Positions 34,248 to 47,932 of a stretch of DNA of 64,000 nucleotides are shown one piece after another. Origin of the DNA: Raillietiella orientalis (lineage: Eukaryota); NCBI GenBank assembly GCA_036172245.1, contig JAYWIR010000019.1, positions 2,294,001 through 2,358,000 of the forward strand, written 5' to 3'. A program made the translations under genes and the position numbers. The first letter of the stretch is position 1. Every line of letters starts with the position of its first letter. Below the pieces are notes generated by a model that worked only from the letters and a program-made list of their open reading frames with translations, was not told the DNA's origin and did no database searches.

Positions 34248-37200
34248 CACGCCGGGAGGAAAAGCATCCATATTGTACTTAATAGGGACTGTATTTTGCG
34301 GAAAATTTCGGATGTGTTGAGTAGTTTCTGGTTTTTTTAAGTATAATTGTAAGAGCATGGTGAAGTATAGTTAGTGTTAGTAAAAGAGAAACTATTCCTT
34401 TTGTCTGAAATGCATTCAAGTTTTTTCGAAAACGGGAACATTAATTCATGGGAAAGTAATAGTTTCCTGTTTGTGTAAACAACGTGCTAAATTTTGTTTG
34501 CAGCGATTATATAAAATAGTGGTGTATGTGGTTATATAATAAAGCTTGTTTTGTACGTGTTATGTTAATGTGAGATATCAGAAAGTCTAACCTTTAGAAT
34601 ATAATTATATATCAGAAATTGTAATTTTTTTTGTTTTGAATTTTGCTAGCCCCTTATGTCTGTTAGTTGTGGAAAGAGTTTTTGTGCACAGTGAAGTTCT
34701 CAGTAATGAATTAAATTGAATTATTAAAAATAAGTAATATCAGAGGTGGTTACAATGCATTAAAAATTTTTTAATTAACGCAGATTTGATACTTGTGTAA
34801 GTATAGCCGTTTTTTGCTTCTCGAGTAAGGCAATAGAAATATTGTGCAACATGTAATATACAGTTTCCAATCGGAAAACATGGCTGTCTTATTGCTTATG
34901 CATGGAATACGTACAATTGTGAACAAAGTAAATCGGCATGAATTTCTTAATGCTTTGCATTTCGCAAAAGTTAGACATTAAAGTGAAGTTTAATCAGATT
35001 AGATACTCATATTGAGTTTTTACATACCTCCTAACCAGTCGGATATCAGATATAAAAAGTTTGCTTCTCATTCTCGTTTATTTTAAGGGGGATGCAAAAT
35101 GAACCAGATTTTAATGCGTAGTGAATTTGTATGTAGAAATATCAGTAATAAAACCCAATGTTCGTAAGAATTTTGAATCTTCATGTTATCAGGCTCAAAT
35201 ATTAGTCGGTGCTCCATAATTCATGTACAAAATTAAAATTTTGCTAGTAGTATGCTTTTATATTCATTCATGTTATTGGCACTGATAAATTATGAAATGA
35301 TACGAAAAAGGGATAATCTATCGTCAATTTCTCCATAGTTTGGAATACTTGAAAAAATTTCTCTGATCAGTAGATCAACTATATATCGACTTGTCATTTA
35401 TCGTTTTTTCTCTGGGAAGTGAACCCAAAGTTAAGATAATATTGAATAACTATGGAAAAATCGAGAACGCTTTAGAAAACATTAAAATCAATTCATGCCT
35501 AGCATTTTTATCCAGATCAAGGCAGTTATTTGCTGTGAATATTTTTGCTATTTTACAGATGCAGTTTCTTACCTAGGCATTTAAAACAAAGTCACTCTAA
35601 ATAATTCTTGATGAAAGAGTGATTTTAATGTTTAACTTTGGGATAATATTGAGGATGCCTTTGTGATTGTGGAACAATTAACATCTTATCTGTTTCTTTT
35701 ACTTATGCCAAATACGTATACTTTAAAGCGAGTATGGTGTTGTACATTAGAGTCATCTTGTAAGGGGTTCCTTCTTTTCATCATACAATTAGGAAATTCT
35801 TAGTCTCAGTATGTTTGTATCAGTTGGGCTTTCAACAGTTTAACATCAGTTACTGAAGGAAAAAAGCAGTAGTAGTGAAATTTTGATCATTGAACTTCTG
35901 TAAGTGAGATCAAAGTTTGATGTGGTATTTGTAGTTTGTGTATGTGTGTGGTTAATTGTCTAATTGCTTGCAATACAGACTCTGATAAGAGAAGTATTTA
36001 GATTGATACCCTGATTTTAGAAATTAGCTGAACATAATAAGACCTGAGCATTGCAACTGAAAATTTTGTTTACATGCCAGGGGTCAAGCATGTAATCAGA
36101 CTAAGTCTATTGTGAATTTTGAGAAGTAAAATACCCTTCAAATCATAAAATCGTAATGGCTTTCCTTTTAAAATTAATAATTGAAGTCCTATCAATTATT
36201 AACATTATCTGTGGTGCTTACAATGTTTATGCATTCTTTGATTTGAGCACTGCTTTCATTTCTTTCCTTGATTTAATTATAGCTAATGCAATTTTACTAG
36301 CAGACACCAAAAGGTGCAGTATAAGGGATTGAATGCTTAAATGGGAGTATTTTTGTCTGTTGGCTTTATGTATAGAATATAGATTAACCTAGAAAGCACT
36401 ATCTTAAGTCTTGGAGAATTCTGTGCTGGTTGGATTGCTTGGTGTGCAATCTATCCAACTATCTACTTTATGTTGCTGTTTACGTCATGTTATTGCTCTT
36501 TTTGATTCTACTGTGCTTTTAGTGAGCAATTGTTAGCAATTGTTTTTTTATCATTTGTCATTTTTCAAATTTGGATCCAATTAGATTGGTGATAATTATT
36601 AAAGGTATTGTAAACTGATGTGGTTATTCCATCAATCATATTATAACAAACAAATTTTTGAAATGTTGGCACCTTTTTGTAAAGAATAATGATAATTTAA
36701 TTGAAACAACATGTGCTCTTGTTTTCATGAATGTCATTAAAAACCAGGCAATAAAATGGAAAGTGTAAGATTGATTTCTAGATCTTTTCGACGTATAAAT
36801 TGTTTCAGCTGTTGATGAATGATTTTAATATTGTTGTTTCAAGTTTCACAACGTATTAATTTTTAAGAAAAAATTAGTTTGATGTGTTACCATGATTAAT
36901 ATGTATTGTTTTGTTATTATTTCAGTTTATTTGTAATCCTTGCTTGCAGTTTCAATTCCAGTGTTATTGATAATTGCAGTGTTTTAGTTGTGTAGGTGAC
37001 TCAAATTGCAGAAAATTGTATGGATTGGTTTCCCATTATCTGTACTTGAGTTTGTGAGTGCTATCAAATTTTCAAATGTAACTTATTCTTGAAAAAGCTT
37101 CCTCTTTATCTAATCTGAATAGAATGAAAGTTAATTAATGGAAGGTTTTTAAAAATTGTGATTTCCCATATCATATTAGGAATCTTAAAATTTTAAGTCT

Positions 37201-38524
37201 ATAAACAGTAACTTCTTTTTAATTGATAGTATGCATTTCATACCAAAGTATCATCCATATTTAGCAAATAAAATGCTTATCAAAAAAAGGAAAGTCAAAT
37301 ATTGGAATTGATTTGCCCTTTTCTTTCTAAACTGAAGTTAATGTGCGTTTTCTCATCAGTGCTTGAATACCATAACTGATCTGTGAGAAGTGTTTCAAGG
37401 TCTTGTGTTCTGGCTTTCAATCCTATTTTGAAGTGCATATCCATTTGAATGTAATCAACAAGCTTCAATCGAAGTTTTTACTATGTTTTTGATTCAATTT
37501 TTAGTGGCTCCGTTGTCTACACTGTTTTTTGAATCTTAAGATCATGAGATGTTTTGACTTCTTTTGGCTTCAAATTCTTTATTGGACTGGATAGTCTTTT
37601 TTAAACAATGTTTCAAATCAGTGCATTTTCTCATGATACGTATTTTTGAGATACACTTAAAAAAAAAATATCTAATCAAAAGAGTTTACTTATTTCATGT
37701 GTAATCAACTTTTGATAACTATGTTATCACCATTATTTTCATGTCCCTAGTGCTGCATATTTAATGACAATGATACTGTTGAATTCAGTGGTGATACAGA
37801 TAAAATTGTAGTCAGATTTTATCACTGTACAAGAATTTGGAAAATGTTAATTGTAAGAAAGCAACTTCAAAAACCTAAAATATAAAAACTGTTTTGTTCA
37901 AAAAGTAAGATTATCCTCACTTTTTTTGTTTACTTTTTTTTTTTTTTTTTTTGCCATCTGATATTTTGTAAAAGTGAAAATTGGAATTCATTTTCATTCA
38001 TAATTGCTTGTTCTTGTTTGTGCAAGTAAACACTAGGTTTCCAGATATTTTCAGAAATCAACAGTGAATGATGTGAATATTCATCATATGTATTTTATAT
38101 TATTTCAAATGTGATAAAATGAGTGGTTTGAAAAGTAAATTTGAAACTTCCTAATGCATGCATTTTGAAAAATATCTGGAAATTTTTTTAGCTAGTGTGC
38201 TTTATTGATAGTGAACAGATTTTGTTGCCCAGGAGTAAGTAAAATATTTATTTCTGTATATGCTATTTTCGTGAAGTGTTTAATTTCTACATTATAGAAG
38301 ATTAGTTGCATAAAGAAAATTAAATCAAATGTGAAATGTGCTCATGTCCAATTAAATTGTTTTGTATCCTTTAATTTCCAAAACAATTACAAGAAACTAC
38401 TTTCTAATGCTTCTGTTTGTTGTATTGTAATGTGGTTTTCAAGCAGTGATCATCAAAACTGAAATTGGTGTAGTGCTCATAAATTTAGTGTTTTGTTTCT
38501 CTAATCCTAGTGCAAGTGACTGAA

Positions 38525-40723
38525 ATGAAACGAGGCAGTGAACGAGAACCATCACCTCTACGTAAGAGATCACGGTCAAGTGTTAGTCGTTATGATGACA
38601 GTTCAGATGATGGTCGAAGCCCTGAATCAGATAGAAGGGAAAGAGGTCGTTCCCCTGGACCAAGCCCCAGTAGAAGTAGATATCCTGGAGATCCATATCG
38701 TGAAGAACATAGATCCCGTCCCCCAGAACGTCCAAATTGTAAAATTTTATGCGTGAGTGGTATTCATCCAAAAGCTAGTGATGAAACTGTGCGAGATGCT
38801 TTATATCGAGAGTTTAAAAGATTTGGTGATGTTACAGTGAAAGTAGTGAACGAACCAGATGAACGTGTTGCATACATTTACTTCCGCAATGCAGAAGATG
38901 CCAAAGAGGCTCGTCACAATAAGCCACGAATTCTTTTTTATGAAAAGCCAGTCTACATTGAAGCAATATATGATGGTGGTGCTGGTGGAGGTGATTATCG
39001 ACGACGGCGCAGTATTAGCCCAGAATATGGGATGGAACGTTATCGACCACGGTCACCAGGACTCAGTTTCCGTCATCGCCCAGAAATGGATGAGAGATAT
39101 GATCGCTATCCTCCACCTCTTGGTCCACCTCGGGATTATAGACGGGATCTTCCACCTTTGCATGAGTATCCTTTGCCACCAATGCATCATGGACCACGTG
39201 GGCCTCCTCCACGTCAGTATGGTCCTCCTCATCGTATGTTTGCAGATTATCGACCTCATTTTGGAAAACATGAAAACAAAAAAGATAAATTTCCCAACTA
39301 TTTACATCATGTTTCCCCAGAAGAAGATCCATTGGCAACACGTACACTCTTTGCAGGAAATCTGGAAATTAATATTTCAGAAGAAGAACTACGACGCATT
39401 TTTGGACGTTATGGCATAGTGGAAGACATTGATATAAAACGTCCCCCTCCTGGGACTGGAAATGCTTATGCTTTCATACGATTTCAAAATCTGGATATGG
39501 CACACAGAGCCAAAGTAGAACTATCAGGTCAATACATTGGAAAATTTCAATGTAAAATTGGATATGGAAAAGCCACACCTACCACTAAGGTGTGGGTTGG
39601 TGGTCTAGGACCATGGACTTCACTTGGTCAGTTGGAGCGTGAGTTTGATCGCTTTGGTGTCATCAAAAGCATTGAGTGGACTAAAGGAGAGCCTCACGCA
39701 TATATTCTATATGATTCCATTGATGCAGCAAAAACTGCTGTTGATCAAATGAGAGGTTTTCCTTTGGGTGGTCCAGACAAAAGATTAAGAATGGATTATT
39801 CTGATGTTGATCCATATCCTTACAAAGCTCCTATCTATACTGAAGATGCTCCAGCTGATAATTATAGAAACACAGCTCGTGATGAATATAGTGGTAATCA
39901 GTGGGGAGAAGCATATGGTTATGAAGAATATGATGGTTATGGTTCACGTTACCGTGGTAGTAATGGTGCTCCAAGGGCCAAGCCAGCTTTTCGCCCTAAC
40001 CCAAAGGATTTTCCAGATGATGATGATTGGGATAGAAAAGCTAGTGAACCAGAGGTGTCTCCAAAAGTGTACCCTCCTCATTCATCACATAGTCCTGAAG
40101 CTGGTGAAGCACATTCAAGATCTGGGTCTCCTGTTGCTAGAAGAGCATCACGTGTTGATAGTGACTCAGGAAGTGAACATGGAAAAGGAAGAAACGGTGT
40201 TTCCGATGGGGTTATTCGTACAATACCAGAATTAGCAAGACGTGTTGCTGTTGTATGGCATGGTGCTTTGGTTTTGAAAAATTCTCTTTTTCCTGCAAAA
40301 CTTCACCTGACTGAAGGAGAAGTTGATATCGTAGAATTACTCCTACATGACGAGGAAGGAAAACCTTTACTGCGTATCACACAACGATTACGTCTTGACC
40401 CTCCAAAATTAGAAGATGTAAGCAAACGTATTGCTTCATCGGCACATGCAATTTTCCTTGCCATGCCAAGTTCCAGTTCAGCAGTTGAAGAACGTAGTGT
40501 CCAGCAGCGTCCCTTGCGCAATCTTGTTTCATATTTGAAACAGAAGGAAGCAGCAGGGGTTATTTCCCTTCAGAATAAGGAAGCCGATCTTTTGGGTGTT
40601 TTGTATGCATTTCCTCCTTGCCCATTTGCTACCAATCTTCTTAAACGCACAACAGCTACTCTAAATGATGATACAAAAGAAGATCATTTGGTTATAGTGG
40701 TAGCTAAAGGAGGTAGTGGTTAG
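38525..40723 (+). CDS. RBM15: RNA-binding protein 15 / spenito (3 RRMs plus C-terminal SPOC domain; m6A writer complex adaptor), 732 aa, single coding exon
   Basis: Uninterrupted ORF with RRM1 (LCVSGI...RVAYIYF), RRM2 (DPLATRTLFAGNLE...NAYAFIRFQNLDMAHRAKVELSG), RRM3 (TTKVWVGGLGPWTS) and SPOC (WHGALVLKNS...LRITQRLRLD...LVSYLKQKEAAGVISL...YAFPPC). The track's GTG start at 38510 overlaps a splice acceptor (ttctctaatcctag), so the ATG at 38525 is the likely start. Confidence 0.97.
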   Translation: MKRGSEREPSPLRKRSRSSVSRYDDSSDDGRSPESDRRERGRSPGPSPSRSRYPGDPYREEHRSRPPERPNCKILCVSGIHPKASDETVRDALYREFKRFGDVTVKVVNEPDERVAYIYFRNAEDAKEARHNKPRILFYEKPVYIEAIYDGGAGGGDYRRRRSISPEYGMERYRPRSPGLSFRHRPEMDERYDRYPPPLGPPRDYRRDLPPLHEYPLPPMHHGPRGPPPRQYGPPHRMFADYRPHFGKHENKKDKFPNYLHHVSPEEDPLATRTLFAGNLEINISEEELRRIFGRYGIVEDIDIKRPPPGTGNAYAFIRFQNLDMAHRAKVELSGQYIGKFQCKIGYGKATPTTKVWVGGLGPWTSLGQLEREFDRFGVIKSIEWTKGEPHAYILYDSIDAAKTAVDQMRGFPLGGPDKRLRMDYSDVDPYPYKAPIYTEDAPADNYRNTARDEYSGNQWGEAYGYEEYDGYGSRYRGSNGAPRAKPAFRPNPKDFPDDDDWDRKASEPEVSPKVYPPHSSHSPEAGEAHSRSGSPVARRASRVDSDSGSEHGKGRNGVSDGVIRTIPELARRVAVVWHGALVLKNSLFPAKLHLTEGEVDIVELLLHDEEGKPLLRITQRLRLDPPKLEDVSKRIASSAHAIFLAMPSSSSAVEERSVQQRPLRNLVSYLKQKEAAGVISLQNKEADLLGVLYAFPPCPFATNLLKRTTATLNDDTKEDHLVIVVAKGGSG

Positions 40724-40983
40724 TTATATGAAAATATTTTTACAACAAAATAGTTCGAAAATTTCTTAAATTTTTACAAACTTCATTTTTTGATTTATTG
40801 ATTGCCCCAAAATACTGTTTTGTGAAGATTGCATATGCTCTGATATAACTTTATAACAAGGTTTTTCAATATCTTGTAGATTTAACGTGTAGCAGTTTTG
40901 GGGGGAGGGATTCAATCAAGCCCGTTTGTTCCCTTTATAACTATGTATTTTCTTCATGTGTAGTGAAAGACAAAAATTGTAAT

Positions 40984-41002
40984 AATAAACAGACTGAATA
41001 AA
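40984..41002 (+). terminator. Tandem AATAAA polyadenylation signals of RBM15
   Basis: AATAAA at 40984-89 and 40997-41002, about 260 nt after the stop and followed by a GT/T-rich tract. Confidence 0.55.
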
Positions 41003-41649
41003 TATAGTGTTATATTTTTTTCCTCTAAATGTGTTTAAAGTGGATACTAGAGGAAATTATTCTTAACAGGAAGCACCATGTTAGTTTAGTGTACTCAGTT
41101 GTGTTGGTAATGTGAAATTCATACAGATTTTTGTCTTCATCTCATTAATTTGTGGCTTAAGTTATATTGTTTCCCAAGATGGTGTATGCTCTTTTACAAG
41201 TGTTCATAATGATTAAAAAATGTGGTTACATACAAGTACACTGATTTCATTGACATCTGTTGCATCCTCATGTGTCAAAGTGAGTTTTCAAAATGTGTTT
41301 TTTGCTTTTAAGTGATGTGTATTCTAAGGTAGCAAGCTGTGATACTTAAAGTGTTCTTCTTGAGGCCTCTATTATAGTGGAAGTGAAATGATAACATCAT
41401 GCAGGAAATTAAGCTTGATATTCCTTTAATTTATATTTTTTTATTTCAACAAGTATTTTATATGTTATTGTGGTGCATGATAATTGTGGTTAAAATATTT
41501 TGTTCAAGGTCTTTGTTATAATGGAAGTGATAGATAGAATTTATACAAGAAATATTTCCTGTTTAAAAATTAATTCGATTGATTTGTTAGCACTATGAGC
41601 ACATCGATACATAGTATATGTACTTGTGGGAGGCCCATACTTCATTTTG

Positions 41650-41709
41650 ATATACATACATATATATATATATGTGTGTGTGTGTGTGTATATACATGTA
41701 TGTATGTAT
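41650..41709 (+). repeat. Compound (TA)n(TG)n alternating purine-pyrimidine microsatellite
   Basis: atatacatacatatatatatatatgtgtgtgtgtgtgtgtatatacatgtatgtatgtat. Confidence 0.9.
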
Positions 41710-44700
41710 CAAAGTATATTGTATTGCATATTCTTAAAGTGCCTGCTATCTTTATATTGGTTATGTGTACATAAACATACAGCACAAATGGAAATTATAT
41801 AAGGAGTTTTTTATTTTCGTTTCTTTCATTGTAGTTAGCTTGTCATCGATTTTATTTGCTACACATTGATAATTGAAATTTTATTGATGTATGAAGAACT
41901 GACATCATTCATGGAAAAAGTTTTTAGAATCCAGGAAGATTCTCATTCCTTCATTAAATTAATCGCTCATTTAACTGAAAAGGGAACTGGTTTCATTTCG
42001 TGTTTAATAAGTTTATTTGAAATGCTGGGATCAATATAATTTTATATGTGTGTTAAGTAAGACTGTTGTCGCAGTTAAAAATGAGTTCACACGTAATCGT
42101 ACATTTAAATGTTTAGAAAGATGATGTGCATAAGTCTCATTTGAAAGTGAATAGAGTAAATAAATTCCAGGATTTGAAAGTCCATGGAATTAGTTTTGTT
42201 GTATTTAAAGGAATCATTTATTCATAAAAGTAAGGTCTACAGTGTTTGAAGAAAATTTTTGTAGTCAGCAAAAATAAAAATGCGAACCATATACAAATAT
42301 TAATGCCTGTTTTGACTACAGATTAAATTTTTTTCCACAAGAAACAAAATGATCATTGGTTTATTGTATGTTAAATTGATAAATCCAAACAGTTTAGGGA
42401 ATTTGCAGAATACCAGTTTTCACCTTTTATGACTTGAGTGCTCATAGTGATTAGCATAAGAAAATATTGAAATTCCATTGTTAAAGAAGTTTTCCATTGA
42501 TGAAGCACTTAATGTAAGATGGATAAGTTTTAAAAGATTTGATTTGTATATGAAATCATTTTAAAAAGTTTGTTGGGAGAAACTCCTTGGAAGAAACTGA
42601 CTCTGATAGTTTCATTTTAAGACCGTAAGTACGCGCACAGTTTTATAAAATCTGAAAAAGATGAATATAGATGATCAGATAAATTTTTAATTGTTTTCCT
42701 CATTTCTGGAAAATAGCGCTGTGGATATCGTCAGTAATATTTGTTAAGAAGAAAGGATTAAAGCATCTTCATAATGAGTATATTTGATGAAAGGTAAAAA
42801 AATCTCCAGAGAGGAAAGGAAAAAAAATTATTGATTAGTGAGTGATATACCAGGAAATCTTTCTTTAGATGAAAGTGTAATCCTTGGTTTCGGGTTCTCA
42901 GTGTAATGCGGAGTTCGTAATTTAAAAAAAAAAAAAACGACTGAATGCCTCAGATGCCTACGGAAACCATTTTTTGGAAATTTAGATTCATTGGAAGGAA
43001 GTTGCATCTAATGCGTCTTTTTATGGTTAGTCATTAAAATTAATGTGTTCTGTGGTATTCATGATCATGACAACAGAACTTACTGGTTCAAGGGTTGAAA
43101 ATAGTCGTTGTGTGTCTTTCACGTGTTTTAAAATTGTAGGTCAGTTGTGTATTTGTTTCGGTACCCCATCTCTTCTCGTCGATTAGAGCTGCTAATAGGA
43201 AAAACTTGGCAATGGTTTTCGATGTCGTTGGTTTGGAATAGGAAGATTTGGGTGATCCTTGCCTAATTCTTATTTAATTTCCGGTATTAATATTTCAAGA
43301 AGTGTATGGTGAGTTTGCTAGCGTATAGGATTCACGAATACGGTTAAATAGCTGATCAGCGTTCGTATAACCTGTCGAAGAATGGACAAATGCATCGATT
43401 GTACTGAACATCCCGTTGACATTCTACAAGTAGTTCCTCCCTCCCCCACTCCCCCCTTAGTCCTATGCAGATGTGAAGACTTCGGAGAAAATTGATTTTT
43501 CGCCAACTGATTTTTTGGTGACGTTTTGAATTTTCTTTGATTTTAGAAGATAACTGCCGTCATTCGTTGCCATAAATAACGTAAAAATGTAAAAACACCA
43601 CTTTGGGAAACAGCACCTGTACACGGTACATACACATCATCACGTCACAATACATGGACTATATACATCGGTTTTTAAGTACAATAGGAATGAAAATATA
43701 ATTACATGTTTGGTATATTCTCCAAAATAATAGTAATCGACTCGGAACGAAAATTAGTTGAATATTCAGTGCTCAGATTACAAGTAAGTGGAACTTATTT
43801 TGGTGCAAAGATTATATTGCCAAATACCTTTTTTTTTTAGATGAGTTGTTGAGTTTTCTTGTTTAATTTGCCCCTGTATTATGATAAAGATAAATAATAT
43901 TTTAATAATTTCAGCTTTACGATGTTTGTGCTAATGTTTTTATTATTTTTCCTGTTTTTCAAAAGTATGATTAATGGCATTAATGATAATGACATCCGAC
44001 TGTTTATTATTGTAATTCAGTATTTTTGATTTATGTGTATAGATTGTAATCAGTTTACAAACATTTGTGTCATACTCATATTTTGATTTTCACAGAAAGT
44101 TCAACTTTTGGTTATGGAATGTGTTTTTAATTCGTCATTAACATTGTTTCTAGCGTGATATGAGTTGAGTCGTCCACTTATCTGCAAGTACGGACTTCCA
44201 AGATTGGTGATTATCTCTGTGAGATTATCAAATTTTGCATCCATTTGGATGCTGTTGAAAAAAAGGGAATGCATTACATCTGTGCTCCAGCACGTAGATA
44301 TATACGTTTATCTTTGACCGAAAAATTTCAGTTATTGGTTTGGCATACCATTAGATTCCTTTTACATTTTCGTTCCATTAACATTCCAGAGGTTTTAATT
44401 TTGAATCCTTGGAAAATCTCGATACATCAGAATTTGATGTCCTCCATTACCAATAATCTAACTGGTTTCATTTTTTTAGAAAATACTATTCCATTTGTAA
44501 TTTAAAAACATGGAAAAATCATATATTATGAAAGAAATGATGAATAATGAATGTCTTGATGATAAATCGAAGTAACTTGTTTCTTCGTGCTCAGACAACC
44601 TCAAACATGAATTGTGTAATAAGTGCTGGTATCCAAGTATACATTAATTTACTGAATTATACTCAATAACTTAAAGAAACCATGTATATTAAAAAAAACA

Positions 44701-45577
44701 AACAAAAGAAGTTATAAAGTGATATAAAGTGAGCCACATTTGGAGATACTGCAGAGTAAATCGTGAAATTCAGTCTTGTGGGTTTTTTTCCTTCACCAAA
44801 TTTTAAGTTTATTGCAAAGGTATGATGCATCTCATCAGTTTTATGGTTTGATTGATGTGATTGATGTAACAGATGTGATACATACGCAGTTTCCACGAAA
44901 ATTTTGTTGTGTGCATTACTGCTGTGACGGTAACATGAAAAAAGTGGGGATGACTAGGAGAGCACCTGATTGAATGCAAGAAGAATCCGTGCCTCGTGGA
45001 TTTCAACGTTGCACGTAAATTGGCTTGTGGTGGCGGTGGTGCCCTTCCGAGTGGCAGTACTGCCGGACGTTTCCCGTAGCGCCGGCGGCGGCACGCGCCG
45101 TTTTGCCGGTGTAGGCCTGGGCTCTCGCAAAAAGCGCTGAAAAGCACGAGGTGTTTGGAGCTTCGAAACGCACGCAGCGCTGCAGTTTTCACGGTATTCT
45201 CCTTTCCTTTTTTTTTCTTTGTTTAAAAAAAAAAGGAGAAAATGGAAATTGCGGTATTCGTTCATGCAGGCAGCTTGCTTCCCGTGTGCTTTGTTTCTTT
45301 TAAGTTTTGTACGTAATAAACACGTTTAAAACACGTTTTCGTTACATCCTCATATTTTCAAGTGCCCCAAGAGTAAGTTACATGCTTTTCTGATTTGAGT
45401 ATTCCGTAATTTCCGGCCCCGAAACCCTCAAGTCCGTCCATGAGATTATTATTTTCGATACACGAAATTTCTCTGAATAACGTGAAGTTTCTTTGTGTGA
45501 TTTCTTACAAGTGCTTGGAAGTGGACGTTAATAAACATTAGGAGTTCTCGATGCTGTTTGTTTATTTAAGAATCTGT

Positions 45578-45643
45578 AAAAAAAAAAAAAAAAAAAAAAA
45601 AGAGAGAGAGAGAGAAAGAAAGAAAATGAGAGAGAGAGAGAGA
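45578..45643 (+). repeat. Poly(A) run plus (GA)n microsatellite
   Basis: About 24 A followed by two GA dinucleotide runs. Confidence 0.9.
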
Positions 45644-47932
45644 AAAAAGTATGATTTGGCATAAATTGTATTTGTCTTAGCAGTTTTCAAAATACACTTG
45701 AGTTTCATTGTGATACAAGAGTTTCATTTCCTTTTAAAAAATATCACTGCATTGTGCATTGTGAAATCAAAAAATAATCCAAGATTGCTAATGAAATACT
45801 CTTTAGCGAAGAGCTGTCATATAGAGATTTTTGAAGTTTCTGAAAAATTTATTGTTGAAAAATGTTTCGTTAATTTTTAAGAAATATGTTACGCGATTAG
45901 AATAAATGTCTATAGCTCTAACGGTGGGGATGGCTCTTTCAATATTCACCTGGTATTTATTTTTCAGCGGATTGCAAAACGGTCTCATAGCTGGAAGAAT
46001 TCTGTGACTGAACATTGGCAAGATCATACGTGTCTGTGAAATTTCAAAATATTTTTGTTATACAAATATGCCCTTTTTTTTTTTTTTGGATTCAGTCATG
46101 AAGTGCATTTCTAATTGTACTGCACTTTCCACTGTACCAAGACTTCAAAGTTACAAAGAGCGTCGGATGCAATGCACACGTACTTCTCATGATTCTTGGT
46201 CTCTTGGTATCCATCTTCTTAGTGCAGCAAATAAATGGAATCTGTGTTTAAAAACGAGGTTTTGTGATTTATTTTGCTTCGTGAAATGGAACAAAAAATC
46301 GTACAGGAAGCTGTTTGAGCAAGGTGAACATTGTGAAGTTGGTTCTTGAACTCTCCAGAGATTCACTGCCTTCAGGAGTGTTCGTTTTGCCTCCATCCCC
46401 GTGGTTTGCTATTTCCTTAAACTTTCTTGCCACGATGCCATTTTGGTGTTGCTGAAGAACGGTTCAACGAATTTATGCAATTGTAATGCTAACCGTATTT
46501 AATGTACATTTTTTACAATCTCATGTCCACCTCTACCGCCTTAGGCACACGCAACTGTTGAAGGAATATCTAAGTTTTTTTTTTTCCTTAAATGGTCTTG
46601 GTTTTCGTGTCGACATGCGTGTCCTTACGTCGAACCGAGCGTACTTGTAAATGCACACCTACGAATGCAGCACTGGGCAGTCGTATTCCACTATGACTTC
46701 GATTGATGATGATTGTGATTGCCTTTGCATAAAGGTTTCACTTGGGAGCTTCTAGTGTGCTTATTAATACTTTTGATTCTATTCTCCGATTGCTGTGCCG
46801 CGTGGAACGTGTCTTTCACATGTGACTCACCCCCAAAGGGAGTTCCGACACGTGCGTAGAAGCATGCCTTTTCGATCAAAATGCAGTTCAAAGACCAAGT
46901 TGGAAGTGTAAATGTTTATCAAGTGAACTATAAAAAAATCCTACTCCTGCTTTTTTATTTTTTATAAAATACTTTTTATATTCATATTTTTTATAAAATA
47001 AAAAGTCCGGACTTTTTATTTCTCACTGCAGAGGTATCAATCTTGGATAGTATGAGCTCTAGGAGTGTTATAAGCGTAGTCCCTATTATTCACACCCATT
47101 TATTCCCGATACGAATATCCCAAGCCAGTTGTTTCCTTTGTAATCGAAATTACGGCCTTCTTAGCCAGGCTTTTTCGGCGGCTGCAGGAACACCATCGAG
47201 ATTCTTCCGGACTTCTTAGAGCAGCAGGGAGCGTTTTTCGTTGCCATGATACGGGCCTAGCGCCACAAAATCTTTACCCCGCAGAGCTGGATTTTTCGGT
47301 TTGTGCAAATCTTCTGTATCTGGTCGCTGTTTAAAGAGAAGAAATAAGTCACTAATTCGTGTATTATTTTCGTTCTACCGCGAATTGCTCCAGCGTTTCG
47401 GATTTTTTTTTTTTATTCCAGCTGCGACAGCTCGATTTCTTTCGCCTGTTGTGGCTCCTCGGCTTTGGAGTGTTCTGGAATGTTCACTCTTGGTTGAGTG
47501 TTTTCAATTGCTCGCACCTGTACGCCCTACTGTACCCGTTCTATCGCCCTGTCTCAGCGGGTTAACGTTCAACCAATGATTCACTAGTGTGCGGACGTCT
47601 AAACATCATGCATGATTTCATTTTTAGTCATTAACGAGTTCGTCATGTAATGCATTTTGTTATGTTGTAGGTGCATACATTGTATGAATCATGCACGCAT
47701 TGAGAGGGATGCTTTCACTATATGTACACACACTCGAGTATGTGTACATAAATAGGTTTAAATGTATCACCAATAACACACCAACTTTCCATTCAGTGGA
47801 TAACCGTGAATATCATGCAATGTAATGTTAATTGTGACCATTGAATTTGGACTGTAGGGACTCTATTAGTCTTCCCCATTCACGCCCTGGGTTTTTCCTT
47901 CTTCCTTGAAAGGTGATTAGAGGGAACTAAAA

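Noticed and set aside
38538..40521. Several alternative-frame and antisense ORFs over RBM15
   Set aside because: Codon-bias shadows of the real CDS.
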